A stretch of 64,000 nt of DNA from Halomonas sp. (lineage in GTDB: Bacteria; Pseudomonadota; Gammaproteobacteria; Pseudomonadales; Halomonadaceae), in contig JAFWFN010000019.1 in assembly GCA_017515565.1 (NCBI GenBank), positions 17,785-81,784 on the forward strand. The letters run 5' to 3'. The notes beneath the pieces were generated by a model, which saw nothing but the letters and a program-made list of their open reading frames with translations, searched no databases and was not told the origin of the DNA. The position numbers and the translations under genes were made by a program. This document shows positions 49,546 through 60,345 of the stretch, in pieces (the first letter of the stretch is position 1; every line of letters begins with the position of its first letter).

Positions 49546-50545
49546 CTCTATTGCCGAAATGAGCGGGGCGCGTAAAAGCGCTATCCTGCTACTTGCCCTT
49601 GACGAAGACAGCGCTGCAGAAGTGTTTAAGTTCCTGAGCGCCACCGAGGTGCAAGATATCAGTACGGAAATGGCGCGCTTGCACCAAGTCTCCCACGAGG
49701 ACATGAAGGCTGTTCTGGAAGCGTTTCACAATGAGTCCGAAGAGTTCGTGGCGCTTAACCTCAACTCCAGCGAGCATATTCGCTCAGTACTTACCAAGGC
49801 TCTTGGCAGTGAGCGCGCCACTAGCCTTATCGAGGATATCCTTGAAACCACGGGGGGCAACTCGGGCATCGATGCACTGAACCTTATGGAAGCTTCCATG
49901 GTGTCAGAGCTTATCCGCGATGAGCACCCGCAGATTATTGCCACCATCCTGGTTCATTTAGACCGCCATCAGGCTGCCGATATTCTGGAACTGTTTGAAG
50001 AGAAACTGCGCAACGATGTGGTTCTGCGTATTGCCACCTTTAGCGGCGTTCAGCCAGCGGCACTCCAAGAGCTGACCGAGGTACTCACCAGTATGCTGGA
50101 TGGACAAAACCTCAAACGCAGCAAAATGGGCGGCGTAAGAACAGCAGCCGAAATTTTGAATTTGATGAACTCTTCACAAGAAGAAGTCGCCATCGAAACC
50201 GTTCGCTCGCACAGCGAAGACCTTGCACAGAAAATTATCGACGAAATGTTCCTATTCGAGAACCTACTCGACCTGGACAACCGTGCAATTCAAATGGTGC
50301 TGCAAGAAGTCGAAACCAACTCCCTGGTGGTGGCCCTCAAGGGCGCCCAGGATGCGCTGGTCGACAAGTTCCTGCGCAATATGTCGCAACGAGCTGCAGA
50401 TTTGGTACGCGAAGATATGGAAGCTCGCGGCCCCATCCGGGTTTCCCAGGTAGAGACGGAGCAAAAAGCCATTCTACAGGTGGTTCGTCGTTTAGCGGAT
50501 TCTGGTGAGGTCGTCTTGTCAGGTGGAGATGATGAGTATGTCTAA
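49538..50545 (+). CDS. fliG: Switch protein FliG
   Basis: KSAILLLALDED.AAEVFK, EHPQIIATIL, MGGVRTAAEILN, MFLFENL, NMSQRAA. Confidence 0.98.
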   Translation: MSSSIAEMSGARKSAILLLALDEDSAAEVFKFLSATEVQDISTEMARLHQVSHEDMKAVLEAFHNESEEFVALNLNSSEHIRSVLTKALGSERATSLIEDILETTGGNSGIDALNLMEASMVSELIRDEHPQIIATILVHLDRHQAADILELFEEKLRNDVVLRIATFSGVQPAALQELTEVLTSMLDGQNLKRSKMGGVRTAAEILNLMNSSQEEVAIETVRSHSEDLAQKIIDEMFLFENLLDLDNRAIQMVLQEVETNSLVVALKGAQDALVDKFLRNMSQRAADLVREDMEARGPIRVSQVETEQKAILQVVRRLADSGEVVLSGGDDEYV

Positions 50546-51305
50546 TACTCACTCCCCCGAATTTGACCGCCATGGCACCTGGCAGCGCTGGCAGATGGAT
50601 GAGCTAAAGGAGCAGAGCGCCAACTTCCAAGAGAGCAGCTTCTCTGCCCCCTCGGCGCAACAACGTAAAGTTGAGGCGGCACAGCGCGCTGCGGAGCAAG
50701 CACGCCAGCGAGAAGAGCAAGAGCGTCAAGCGCTCTATGAGCGTATTCGCCAACAAGCTGAGGAAGACGGCTATCAGGCAGGCTTGGCACGTGGCCACCA
50801 AGAGGGGCTCGAGCAAGGCCTACAGGAGGGGCACGCTCAGGCCGAAGAAACGCTTAAACAGCAAGTTCGCCAAACCGTCACTCCGCTTCAAGCTCTCGCT
50901 AAACAGTTCTCGGATGCCCTTGAGCGAATGGATGAAACGATTGCCCATGACCTTACCGAATTAGCGCTCGCCACTGGCAAGCAGCTTGCAGGTAATGCTC
51001 TCCAAGAGAACCCTGAGCAAGTTCTGACGATTGTGCGCGACCTTCTGCACACCGAGCCCCCCCTGGTTGGCCAGCAACGCTTGTGGTTGAACCCAGAAGA
51101 TCATGCGCTAGTAAAAGAGCATCTAGGTAGCGAACTAAGCGCCGCTAACTGGCAACTCCAACCTGATGATCAGCTTGCCCGCGGCGGCTGTCGCGTCACT
51201 AGCGCCCAGGGCGAGCTAGACGCCACCTTTGAAAGCCGCTGGCAGGCCGTACACGCCCAACTCCGCAAGCGCCATCACGGCAGCGACACTTCGACCTCTT
51301 CGTAG
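50538..51305 (+). CDS. fliH: Flagellar assembly protein FliH
   Basis: W..W...EL N-terminus; GY..G...G..EG repeats; D..LARGGCRV; start MSNTHS. Confidence 0.95.
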   Translation: MSNTHSPEFDRHGTWQRWQMDELKEQSANFQESSFSAPSAQQRKVEAAQRAAEQARQREEQERQALYERIRQQAEEDGYQAGLARGHQEGLEQGLQEGHAQAEETLKQQVRQTVTPLQALAKQFSDALERMDETIAHDLTELALATGKQLAGNALQENPEQVLTIVRDLLHTEPPLVGQQRLWLNPEDHALVKEHLGSELSAANWQLQPDDQLARGGCRVTSAQGELDATFESRWQAVHAQLRKRHHGSDTSTSS

Positions 51306-51313
51306 GCACTAAT

Positions 51314-52702
51314 ATGAGCGATGCCACTTGCCCACATCACTACCGCTGGCGTAAAGCGCTGAACCGCACCACGCAGCGTGTTGGCCATTTACCCCACTAC
51401 CGCACAAGCGGCAGGGTGATTCGCGCCACGGGCATGGTGATCGAGGTAGTGGGATTGCGAGTAGCGGTAGGCAGTGCATGCCGAATTGAATTACCCGGTG
51501 CAGACGGAAGACTTAACGACAGCGAAAAGCACGCAGAAGCTGAGGTCGTTGGCTTCTCAGGCGATAAGCTGTTTCTTATGCCCTTGGAAGAAATCACCGG
51601 CTTAATGCCGGGGGCTAGGGTGACGCCCCTTAGCGATGGCAGTGGACACAGCGCACGACGTTTCCCGATTGGTGATGAACTCCTAGGGCGTGTACTGGAT
51701 GGCAACGGCAACCCACTGGATGACCGGGAAAGCATCGATGACGCTCCCCGCGCGACACTCCAAGCCACGCTGCTTAACCCACTCTCCCGCGCGCCTATCG
51801 ATGCACCGATTGATGTGGGCATCCGCGCCATCAACGCCCTACTAAGCGTTGGCCGAGGCCAGCGGATGGGGTTATTTGCAGGCTCAGGGGTGGGTAAATC
51901 TGTTCTGCTTGGCATGATGGCGCGCTACACCCAGGCGGATGTCATCGTTGTTGGGCTAATTGGTGAGCGTGGCCGGGAAGTACAGGACTTCATAGATAAT
52001 ATTTTAGGCCCAGAGGGCCGAAGGCGCGCCGTTGTCGTTGCAGCGCCTGCTGATACATCCCCGCTTCAGCGCCTCCAGGGGGCGGCCTATGCAACGCGAT
52101 TAGCCGAAGGCTTCCGCGATGCGGGCCGCAATGTGCTGCTTATTATGGATTCATTAACGCGTTATGCCATGGCGCAGCGTGAAATCGCCCTCGCTATCGG
52201 CGAGCCGCCTGCTACCAAGGGCTACCCACCCTCGGTGTTTGCCAAACTGCCTGGGCTAGTTGAACGGGCAGGCAATGCAGAGCGGGGCGGTGGCTCCATT
52301 ACCGCTTTTTATACCGTACTAACCGAAGGTGACGACCAGCAGGATCCTATTGCTGATTCGGCACGGGCGATTCTGGATGGCCATATCGTGCTCTCACGCG
52401 GGCTTGCTGAAGCTGGTCACTACCCCGCCATTGATATTGAAGCCTCTATTAGCCGCGCTATGACCGCCATTGCAACGCCTGAGCAACTGCAGGCTGCGCG
52501 AACGTTTAAGCAGCTTTTTTCACGTTATCAGCGTAATCGCGACCTGATTAGCGTAGGCGCCTACAGCCCAGGCCACGACCCAAAACTGGATGAGGCAGTG
52601 AGCCGGTTTCCAGCCCTGGAACGCTTTCTTCAGCAAAACATTGATGAATGCGCAACGCTTGAAGCGTCACGCCAAGCACTGCATGCCACCGTGGGAGGCT
52701 AA
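51314..52702 (+). CDS. fliI: Flagellar export ATPase FliI
   Basis: [42 protein letters not shown]. Confidence 0.99.
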   Translation: MSDATCPHHYRWRKALNRTTQRVGHLPHYRTSGRVIRATGMVIEVVGLRVAVGSACRIELPGADGRLNDSEKHAEAEVVGFSGDKLFLMPLEEITGLMPGARVTPLSDGSGHSARRFPIGDELLGRVLDGNGNPLDDRESIDDAPRATLQATLLNPLSRAPIDAPIDVGIRAINALLSVGRGQRMGLFAGSGVGKSVLLGMMARYTQADVIVVGLIGERGREVQDFIDNILGPEGRRRAVVVAAPADTSPLQRLQGAAYATRLAEGFRDAGRNVLLIMDSLTRYAMAQREIALAIGEPPATKGYPPSVFAKLPGLVERAGNAERGGGSITAFYTVLTEGDDQQDPIADSARAILDGHIVLSRGLAEAGHYPAIDIEASISRAMTAIATPEQLQAARTFKQLFSRYQRNRDLISVGAYSPGHDPKLDEAVSRFPALERFLQQNIDECATLEASRQALHATVGG

Positions 52703-52704
52703 CC

Positions 52705-53157
52705 ATGAGTCATTCACAGCTCGACATGTTAACCGGCTTAGCACGAGAGGCCAGAGACCAAGCAGGCAAGCTGCTGGCTGAAGAACGCCAAACACAACAA
52801 CAGACCGAAGCACAACTTGAATCGCTCAACCGCTACCGCGCCGAGTATGCCGAACGTTTACAACTGGCCATGCGCGACGGTATTGACCCAGCTACCATGT
52901 ACAATTATCAACAATTTCTAGCTTCGTTGGACGCCGCGCTGAGCCGTGCCAGGCAAGCACTGGCTGCACAGCAAAAACGTGTTCAGCAAAGCCAACAACA
53001 TTGGCAGCAAGAGCAGCGTAAGCTCTCCTCCTACGATACACTAGCCTCGCGCCGGTTATTAGAAGAGCACCGCCGCCAAGAGCGCCATGAGCAAAAAGCT
53101 AGCGATGATTTTGTCACTGGCCGTTTGGCTCGCCAACTTACTGATAAACCGCACTAG
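52705..53157 (+). CDS. fliJ: Export chaperone FliJ
   Basis: Coiled coil; L..YRAEY...NYQQFL..LD...EQK..DD; position after fliI. Confidence 0.95.
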   Translation: MSHSQLDMLTGLAREARDQAGKLLAEERQTQQQTEAQLESLNRYRAEYAERLQLAMRDGIDPATMYNYQQFLASLDAALSRARQALAAQQKRVQQSQQHWQQEQRKLSSYDTLASRRLLEEHRRQERHEQKASDDFVTGRLARQLTDKPH

Positions 53158-53179
53158 CGTCGCGCCGGGGAACTTACTT

Positions 53180-54412
53180 ATGAATATTCAACTGCTGCTT
53201 TCAGCGAATCAGGGTCAAAATTCCCTGTCATCCGCCCCGGCACAGACCCTGGGGCACAAAGGGGCGCCACACGCCCTTTTTCATCAGGCTTTGATACAAG
53301 CAACTGGCTCTCAGCCTCAGCGGTTAACCAGTCCGCCAACGGAGGCTAACTCTTCTGACCCGCTAGCCAGCTTTGTTCAACTGCTAACGTCACTAGATAT
53401 CGAATTGGATGAGGACGCTTTGGCTGACTTACTCACTCGACTCCAGGCTGTCGACTTAAACTCAGCACATCCAATGGTTAATGAGGGTTCGCTGAGCGAA
53501 GCATCAGCGCTCACGCCTCTTGATGAGATCGCGGCACGTTTATCGTTAGTCGCCGCATTCTCCGAAGCACCAGTAGCGCCAGAGCTACAGTCAGCACCCC
53601 AGGTACGAGATATTGCCCAGCAGTTGGCTGTTAGTGAAAGCCAAGCCGCTGAGCTGCTTACTGCTTTTAACTCCCTTAGTGCCGCCACACCGCAGGGTAC
53701 AACCATCACGGAGCTTCACCGACAAGTTGCCAACCTGCTGCCCAGCGCAAATACCTCAGAAGGTAGCCAGTCGCTCACTGCTTATCGAAGCAGCAACATA
53801 GCACTACCTGTAGATATAAATGCTAGCTCGCTTCGCATTGGTGGCGAAGCGCCAAACATTGCAGCCGCTCTAGCTGAACTTACGCCAGGCACCAGCAAAG
53901 GAGGAGAGCCCCCCCTTTCAACTCAGCCCGGCACCCTTACGCCAGCGACAGGCAGCTTAATGACCTCAGCGTCAATCGGCACACCCGTTAGCAGCCCCGC
54001 ATGGCCTTCTCAGCTTGGCCAGCAGCTTATTCAGTTTGCCCAACGAGGGGGGGAGCACCAAGTTAAAATGCAACTCCACCCGGCAGAGTTAGGGCCACTC
54101 TCTATTTCACTTAAAGTGAGCGAGCACGGAACACAGGCGCATTTTTTATCAGCCCACGCCCAAGTTCGCCAAGCACTTGAACTAGCGATCCCACAGTTAC
54201 GTGAAGCCTTGGCTGAACAAGGGATTTCACTTGGTGAAACATCCGTAGGGGAGCATAACAACCCTAACGAACAGGCCTTTGCTCAACAAGGCTCTAACAC
54301 CCCCAACAGTAGTGGTGACAGCGGAAGCAAAGAAGAAGGCGACAGCGCAATTAAGCTCCTTGAGGGTGGTAACCCTTTAGTTCTTGACGGACGTGTCGAT
54401 CTATATGCTTAA
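53180..54412 (+). CDS. fliK: Hook-length control protein FliK
   Basis: S/T/A/P-rich N-terminal region; W..QLGQQL...LHPAELGPL.ISL...QLREALAEQGISLG..SV. Start taken at ATG 53180. Confidence 0.93.
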   Translation: MNIQLLLSANQGQNSLSSAPAQTLGHKGAPHALFHQALIQATGSQPQRLTSPPTEANSSDPLASFVQLLTSLDIELDEDALADLLTRLQAVDLNSAHPMVNEGSLSEASALTPLDEIAARLSLVAAFSEAPVAPELQSAPQVRDIAQQLAVSESQAAELLTAFNSLSAATPQGTTITELHRQVANLLPSANTSEGSQSLTAYRSSNIALPVDINASSLRIGGEAPNIAAALAELTPGTSKGGEPPLSTQPGTLTPATGSLMTSASIGTPVSSPAWPSQLGQQLIQFAQRGGEHQVKMQLHPAELGPLSISLKVSEHGTQAHFLSAHAQVRQALELAIPQLREALAEQGISLGETSVGEHNNPNEQAFAQQGSNTPNSSGDSGSKEEGDSAIKLLEGGNPLVLDGRVDLYA

Positions 54413-54572
54413 GTCACGCCTGAGTGGTCGTATGAAAATACTGACATCGCTACGGTTAGATAGCTAAACCAAAAGATAGACTCTCCAAAGGAGTCTGTTC
54501 ATTTCATCATCAGCACCTGCGTTAGGCATAATGCTTGGCTAGTGTCATGCGTCATGATCATGGGAACAATAA

Positions 54573-55046
54573 ATGGCAGAAACAAGCAGCGGATCCAAAA
54601 AACTGCTCTGGATAATGATTATTCTAGTAGTGCTGTCGTCTGCGGGCGCAGCGGCAGCGATATATATGGTGTTAGACCAGCGAGGAACTACGGAGGGTGG
54701 TGAAATTCAGCGGGTCGCAGAGCGCGAAACGCCTGTTTTCACGCGCATTGAGCCTTTTACTGTCAACCTTGCAGATGACCGCTACGGCTCACGTCTTCTT
54801 TATACGGGCATTACGCTACTCGTTGGTAACGAGCAAAGTAAGACCATTATTGAGGAGCACATGCCTCAAGTACGTAGCCGCCTGCTGATTTTGTTGTCAG
54901 GTAAACAAGCTAGTGAGCTTACCTCTACAGAAGGTAAAGAGGAGCTTGCCCAGGCGATAATCAGCCGACTCACCATACCTTTGACAGAAAATCAGCCGCC
55001 TCTCGATTTACGAGAAGTGCTATTTACTGAATTCATTGTGCAATAA
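54573..55046 (+). CDS. fliL: Basal-body protein FliL
   Basis: Single TM; IEPFTVNL, PQVRSRLLILLS, VLFTEFIVQ. Confidence 0.96.
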   Translation: MAETSSGSKKLLWIMIILVVLSSAGAAAAIYMVLDQRGTTEGGEIQRVAERETPVFTRIEPFTVNLADDRYGSRLLYTGITLLVGNEQSKTIIEEHMPQVRSRLLILLSGKQASELTSTEGKEELAQAIISRLTIPLTENQPPLDLREVLFTEFIVQ

Positions 55047-55067
55047 CCTCGGGAACTGGAGCCGTTC

Positions 55068-56123
55068 ATGTCACAGGACGATCTACTGTCCCAGGAAGAA
55101 ATTGATGCCCTACTTAAGGGTGTCAGCGGGGACGACGAGCCATCAGCTTCGGCGTCCCATTCTGAGAGTGAATCACGCATTCGCCCCTATGACCCAGCCA
55201 CACAGCACCGGGTCATACGCGAACGCCTGCACGCGCTTGATTTTATTAACGAGCGCTTTGCACGCTATTTCCGTAACAGTTTATTTAACTTGATTCGCCG
55301 TAGCGCAGATATCACCGTTGAATCAGTTCGCTACCAAAGCTTTAGTGATTTTTCACGTAACGTGCCAGTGCCCACCAACTTGAACCTGGTGTCCATGAAA
55401 CCGCTACGTGGCTCCGCGCTGGTGGTCTTTCCACCTAATCTTGTCTTTATGGTGGTAGATAACCTGTTCGGCGGAGACGGGCGCTTTGTCACAAAATCCG
55501 ATGGCCGTGAATTCACCAATACCGAGCAGCGCATCATTCAACGACTTCTGAATTTAGCCCTTGAGGCTTATCAAGAAGCCTGGAAAGTGGTTTACCCCTT
55601 AGAAGCACACTTTTTACGTTCAGAAGTGCAGTCAAAGTTTGCCAATATCACTAACTCTCCTAATGAGATTGTGGTTAATACCAAATTTAATATTGAGGTT
55701 GGTAACCTTTCTAGCAACTTTCAGATATGCATGCCCTACGCGATGATTGAGCCGCTGCGTGATTTACTGGCCAACCCCATTAATGACAGCAACCATGACC
55801 ACGACGGTACATGGTCGCGGCGCATGGCCAGCGAACTGCGCCATTCAGAGGTCGAGCTAGTGGCAGAGTTTGCTCAAATACCAAGCCGTATTGCCCATGT
55901 GATGGGGCTGAAAAAAGGCGACGTACTGCCCATGGACATTCCACAAACCATCACAGCTCGTGTGGATGGAGTACCTGTCATGGAGTGTGAGTACGGCAGC
56001 CAGCTTCAGCAGCGCGCTTTACGTGTCCTGCATATGATCGACCATGCCGCATTGAATAACGTGTCGTCCAAGGACTTTATTAAAGGTTCAACGCGACAGA
56101 AAGCCAAGGAACCCAAAGCATGA
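55068..56123 (+). CDS. fliM: Switch protein FliM
   Basis: LSQEEIDALL CheY-binding peptide; LDFINERFAR; DNLFGGDG. Confidence 0.98.
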   Translation: MSQDDLLSQEEIDALLKGVSGDDEPSASASHSESESRIRPYDPATQHRVIRERLHALDFINERFARYFRNSLFNLIRRSADITVESVRYQSFSDFSRNVPVPTNLNLVSMKPLRGSALVVFPPNLVFMVVDNLFGGDGRFVTKSDGREFTNTEQRIIQRLLNLALEAYQEAWKVVYPLEAHFLRSEVQSKFANITNSPNEIVVNTKFNIEVGNLSSNFQICMPYAMIEPLRDLLANPINDSNHDHDGTWSRRMASELRHSEVELVAEFAQIPSRIAHVMGLKKGDVLPMDIPQTITARVDGVPVMECEYGSQLQQRALRVLHMIDHAALNNVSSKDFIKGSTRQKAKEPKA

Positions 56124-56698
56124 CTGATCCTAACAAACCCGATCAAAAAATCTCTAACGACGATTGGGCGGACGCCATGTCTGAGCAAGAAGAACCTACT
56201 GCCAACGCCGATGATGCCGGTGAAGACGACCTTTGGTCCGCTGCGATGGCGGAACAAGAAGAGGCAAGCGCTACTAGTAACGAAGAGGATCCTTGGGCGG
56301 CTGCGATGGCAGAGCAAGAGGCGGAAGAGCAAGCCCAAGCCGAGGAGCCTGAGCACAAGACCCCAGCACCCGTAGCAAAATCAGCCAGTGACGAGGTGTT
56401 TCGTCCGCTCGGCCCGGAAAGTAGCAACGCTCAATCCCGTGATCTTGAAATGATCATGGATATTCCGGTGAAGCTTACAGTAGAGCTAGGCCGCACCAAG
56501 CTTACGATTAAGCAACTGCTTGAGCTTGCCCAAGGGTCAGTTATTGAACTTGAAGGGTTAGCTGGCGAACCGATGGATATATTAATCAATGGCTACTTGA
56601 TTGCTCAAGGCGAAGTGGTCGTCGTCGAAGATAAGTATGGCATTCGTATTACAGAGATCATCACCCCCTCTGAGCGAATCCACAAACTAAATCGATGA
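56120..56698 (+). CDS. fliN: Switch protein FliN with extended repeat-containing N-terminus
   Basis: C-terminal IMDIPVKLTVELGRT...GEVVVVEDKYGIRITEI; three DxW..AM.EQE repeats. Confidence 0.97.
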   Translation: MTDPNKPDQKISNDDWADAMSEQEEPTANADDAGEDDLWSAAMAEQEEASATSNEEDPWAAAMAEQEAEEQAQAEEPEHKTPAPVAKSASDEVFRPLGPESSNAQSRDLEMIMDIPVKLTVELGRTKLTIKQLLELAQGSVIELEGLAGEPMDILINGYLIAQGEVVVVEDKYGIRITEIITPSERIHKLNR

Positions 56699-57147
56699 GT
56701 GTCGCTACCTCTTCCACACAGAGCACGTCCATTGACGCCCTTAGCAGCAGCGGTGATGCCTTAATAGGGATGGCAGTGCTAGGCAAAACGGCTGCCGCAC
56801 TCGCCCTAGTTATTGCCATCATTTTACTATGCACCGCACTATTAAAGCGCTGGCAAACGGGACGTCATCATCACGGCGCCCACTTACGCATTGTAGGCAG
56901 TACTGCGGTGGGCAATCGCGAACGTATCGTGGTGGTTGAGATCGAAGATACGTGGCTAGTGCTAGGCGTTAGCGGGGGTCGAATTACCAAGTTACATGAG
57001 CGTGGCGCTCCTAACGAACGTCCGCCTCCCACCTCGCCAGAACCACCGGCACGCTTTTCACACCGCTTAGCCCAGACGCTAGCAAGCCACCGTGACAAAC
57101 GAGGCAGTGAAGCCCCGCCCTCTTCTGACCCAACGAAAACACCATGA
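56695..57147 (+). CDS. fliO: FliO
   Basis: TM; [27 protein letters not shown]...I..L. Confidence 0.92.
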   Translation: MSVATSSTQSTSIDALSSSGDALIGMAVLGKTAAALALVIAIILLCTALLKRWQTGRHHHGAHLRIVGSTAVGNRERIVVVEIEDTWLVLGVSGGRITKLHERGAPNERPPPTSPEPPARFSHRLAQTLASHRDKRGSEAPPSSDPTKTP

Positions 57148-57926
57148 GATATGTGATGCACCTCTCCTGGCCTTACCAGCTCCGCTGGTGGCTTTTTAGC
57201 GCTTTCATTGCCAGCGGCTTAATGTTGGCTTTCCCTGCCCATGCGCAACAATTACCCGGTTTAGTCTCACAGCCGCTGGAAGATGGCGGACAGCAGTGGT
57301 CCATCACGCTGCAAACGCTGCTATTCTTAAGCTCACTGGCATTTCTACCGGCAATGTTATTAATGATGACCAGCTTTACGCGCATCATCATTGTGCTTAG
57401 CTTGCTGAGAACAGCAATGGGTACGCAGGCAACACCGCCTAATCAAGTGCTACTAGGCATCGCCCTTTTCTTAACATTTTTTATTATGTCTCCCGTCATC
57501 GCCCAAGTGTATGACACAGCGTGGGTGCCTCTTACAGAAGAAACCATTGATTTTGAAGAGTTTTTACTTCTTGCCCAAGGGCCTTTTCGCGAATTTATGC
57601 TCGCACAAACCCGCGAGCCCGATTTAGCACTGTTCGTGCGTTTAGCCGATGTTGGCCCCATGCAAGGGCCTGAAGAACTTCCTATGCGCGTGTTACTACC
57701 CGCTTTTGTTACCAGTGAACTGAAGACCGCATTTCAGATTGGCTTCACCATTTTTATCCCATTTTTAATTATTGACCTTGTCGTTGCGAGCACCTTGATG
57801 GCACTAGGGATGATGATGGTGCCCCCCATTACTATTTCGCTACCCTTCAAACTGATGCTGTTTATCCTTGTAGACGGCTGGCAGCTAATTATTGGCTCGT
57901 TAGCTGAAAGCTTTTACATGATTTAA
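57144..57926 (+). CDS. fliP: Export gate FliP
   Basis: [38 protein letters not shown]. Confidence 0.98.
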   Translation: MRYVMHLSWPYQLRWWLFSAFIASGLMLAFPAHAQQLPGLVSQPLEDGGQQWSITLQTLLFLSSLAFLPAMLLMMTSFTRIIIVLSLLRTAMGTQATPPNQVLLGIALFLTFFIMSPVIAQVYDTAWVPLTEETIDFEEFLLLAQGPFREFMLAQTREPDLALFVRLADVGPMQGPEELPMRVLLPAFVTSELKTAFQIGFTIFIPFLIIDLVVASTLMALGMMMVPPITISLPFKLMLFILVDGWQLIIGSLAESFYMI

Positions 57927-57955
57927 TTGTCGCAACGGGCGACTAGGAGCAAACC

Positions 57956-58225
57956 ATGACCCCGGAAATGGTAATGAGCATTGCTTACCAGGGCATGCGC
58001 GTGACCCTTTTTCTTGCAGGCCCGATGCTGATGGCCGCTCTTTTTACTGGCCTGCTGATCAGCTTGTTTCAAGCAGCCACGCAGATAAATGAAATGACGC
58101 TGACATTTATTCCTAAAGTATTGGCCGTTTTTGCCGTGCTGGTATTAGCTGGGCCATGGCTACTTGGATTGATTACGGACTTTACCCATCGCTTATTCAC
58201 TAATATTCCTAACATGGTGATGTAG
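57956..58225 (+). CDS. fliQ: Export gate FliQ
   Basis: GLLISLFQAATQINEMTLTFIPK. Confidence 0.98.
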   Translation: MTPEMVMSIAYQGMRVTLFLAGPMLMAALFTGLLISLFQAATQINEMTLTFIPKVLAVFAVLVLAGPWLLGLITDFTHRLFTNIPNMVM

Positions 58226-58228
58226 CCG

Positions 58229-59020
58229 ATGGTCGAGGTCACGTTTGCCCAGCTACAGGGCTGGTTAGTGGCATTTCTATGGCCTTTCGCACGGATAACT
58301 GCCTTTATGGCGGCGTCACCTCTTTGGGGCCATAGCAGTATTCCTAACCAAGTTAAGGTGGGACTAGCGGCTATCGTTGCGGTGGTGATCGCCCCTGTTT
58401 TACCAGCCATGCCGAATGTGCCTGTTATGTCCTGGGCCGGTGTCGGCATCATGGTGGAGCAAATACTTATCGGCCTAGCCATCGGCTTAGTGATGCACAT
58501 CATATTTGCCGTCGTGCAGGCTGCTGGGGAATTTATCGGTTTGCAGATGGGCCTGGCGTTTGCGAGCTTTTTTGACCTCTCCAGCGGCACTAACATCATG
58601 GTGCTATCGCGTATTCTATATATGATTACGCTACTGATGTTTCTTGCGCTGAATGGTCATTTGATGGTGTTAGAAACGCTGGTAATGAGCTTTCAAACCT
58701 TGCCGGTTGGCATCGGCACGCTGAATCCTAATGCCTTTGAGCTATTAGCACGCTATGCAGGGACTATTTTTGCGTCAGGGATGCTACTGGCTTTACCACT
58801 TTCTGGGTCGTTATTAATTATTAGCCTGTCGCTGGGTATCCTCAACCGCTCAGCACCGCAGCTCACCGTCTTTAATATCGGCTTCCCGACGTCACTCACC
58901 GTCGGGCTGATCTTGCTAATGGTACTTATGACCGATATAGGCCGCTTTTTACAAAATCTCTTCAGCCAAGGTCTCGCCTTTATGCAGAGCTTAATCGAAA
59001 CCATGGCCCCATTAAGCTAA
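58229..59020 (+). CDS. fliR: Export gate FliR
   Basis: AGEFIGLQMGLAFA.FFD, R.APQL.VF.IGFP. Confidence 0.98.
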   Translation: MVEVTFAQLQGWLVAFLWPFARITAFMAASPLWGHSSIPNQVKVGLAAIVAVVIAPVLPAMPNVPVMSWAGVGIMVEQILIGLAIGLVMHIIFAVVQAAGEFIGLQMGLAFASFFDLSSGTNIMVLSRILYMITLLMFLALNGHLMVLETLVMSFQTLPVGIGTLNPNAFELLARYAGTIFASGMLLALPLSGSLLIISLSLGILNRSAPQLTVFNIGFPTSLTVGLILLMVLMTDIGRFLQNLFSQGLAFMQSLIETMAPLS

Positions 59021-59088
59021 ACCCCCTGCGCCTAACGGTACAAGGGTCTTAGTTCATACTCTTAAAAAACTGCATCTAACACTTAGAC

Positions 59089-60330
59089 TTACATATAATC
59101 GAAGAGTGACATGCCCTTAATATCGACAAAGGCCTTTTGCGCAGCCTGCAATCCTACTTGACGTAGACTGTACTCGGAAATAGCAGACGCATAATCAAGA
59201 TCCACTAAATCCGACAGCGTTTGCTCGTAGTTAAGCATGCGGTTACTGCCTACAGAATCAATAACATCCAGCTCGTTAAGACGAGCGCCAGCGGATGCAC
59301 GAACAGTCAACACATTATCCAGTGCGTTGTCTAAATCACGCATTGACGTATTAAGCGTATTACGCAGCTCAGCCTTATCAGCAGCGGTGACAGCCGGGTT
59401 TTCCAATACGCGAATTGCCTGCTCCATCGTTCTAAACAGATCAGCAGGCCGTTCGGCACTGCCTGCTCGCGCCACTAAAATTTCATCCCCGTCTTCAGGT
59501 ACTCCGTTAAGCGTTATGGAAACGCCACCAAAAGCAACACGCTGACCATCTCCCGAGTAGGGTTGATTGGTAAGTGCCGGATCATCAACGGCTACATAGT
59601 CTGTGCCATCAAAGCGTTGAACACTGTAGGTAGGCTCCCCCGCCACCTCACCAAAGACAACTTTATAGCTTTCACCAAAGTTCTCATTATTAATGTCATT
59701 TACTTGGGGACCACTAAAGGTAACGCTACCTTCGTTGGCTTGTGCTTCGGCAATATAGCCAGCGCCACTAGGCACGCTCTGAAAAATCGTGATGCCGTTT
59801 TCTGTCACGGGCATTAGCCGAGAGGAGTCGACCCTCTGCTCGCGTGAGTTATCGCTACCTTGATATCGAGTATTACCATCTGCATCGGAAACGAAAGGCG
59901 GTGTATTGTCTGCATACCCACCAAATAAATAGCGCCCATTGCCATCGGTGGCATTTGCCTGACCAATCATTGTTTCGTAAACGCCTTTGAGCTCGCTGGC
60001 AACCGACTGCCGGTCAACGTCACTCAAGGTATCGCTAGAAGCTTGCACTAATAGCGTTTTGGCACTGGTAATTGCATCACTAACACTGTTCAAAATGCTC
60101 TCTGTTTGCGAAAGCGAGTTGCGTGCCGAAACTCTCGCATCCGCAAACTGTTGTGTTATCGCTTTAGATTGGTCAACGCCTACCGCACGAGAAGCCGCCT
60201 GGGGGTCATCGGATGGATTCACTACCCGCTTCCCACTGGCGATTTGCTGGCTTACTTTTAAAAAATCGTTTTGCTGACGGTTAATAGAAGCCGTGCTTTG
60301 CTCAAACATGGTGACTGTGCTAATACGCAT
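59089..60330 (-). CDS. flgL: Hook-associated protein 3 FlgL
   Basis: MRISTVTMF...SGKRVVNPSDDP...GRYLFGG...S.L.D.DY..AIS. Confidence 0.97.
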   Translation of the reverse strand: MRISTVTMFEQSTASINRQQNDFLKVSQQIASGKRVVNPSDDPQAASRAVGVDQSKAITQQFADARVSARNSLSQTESILNSVSDAITSAKTLLVQASSDTLSDVDRQSVASELKGVYETMIGQANATDGNGRYLFGGYADNTPPFVSDADGNTRYQGSDNSREQRVDSSRLMPVTENGITIFQSVPSGAGYIAEAQANEGSVTFSGPQVNDINNENFGESYKVVFGEVAGEPTYSVQRFDGTDYVAVDDPALTNQPYSGDGQRVAFGGVSITLNGVPEDGDEILVARAGSAERPADLFRTMEQAIRVLENPAVTAADKAELRNTLNTSMRDLDNALDNVLTVRASAGARLNELDVIDSVGSNRMLNYEQTLSDLVDLDYASAISEYSLRQVGLQAAQKAFVDIKGMSLFDYM

Positions 60331-60345
60331 CGCCTAAGCTCCTTA

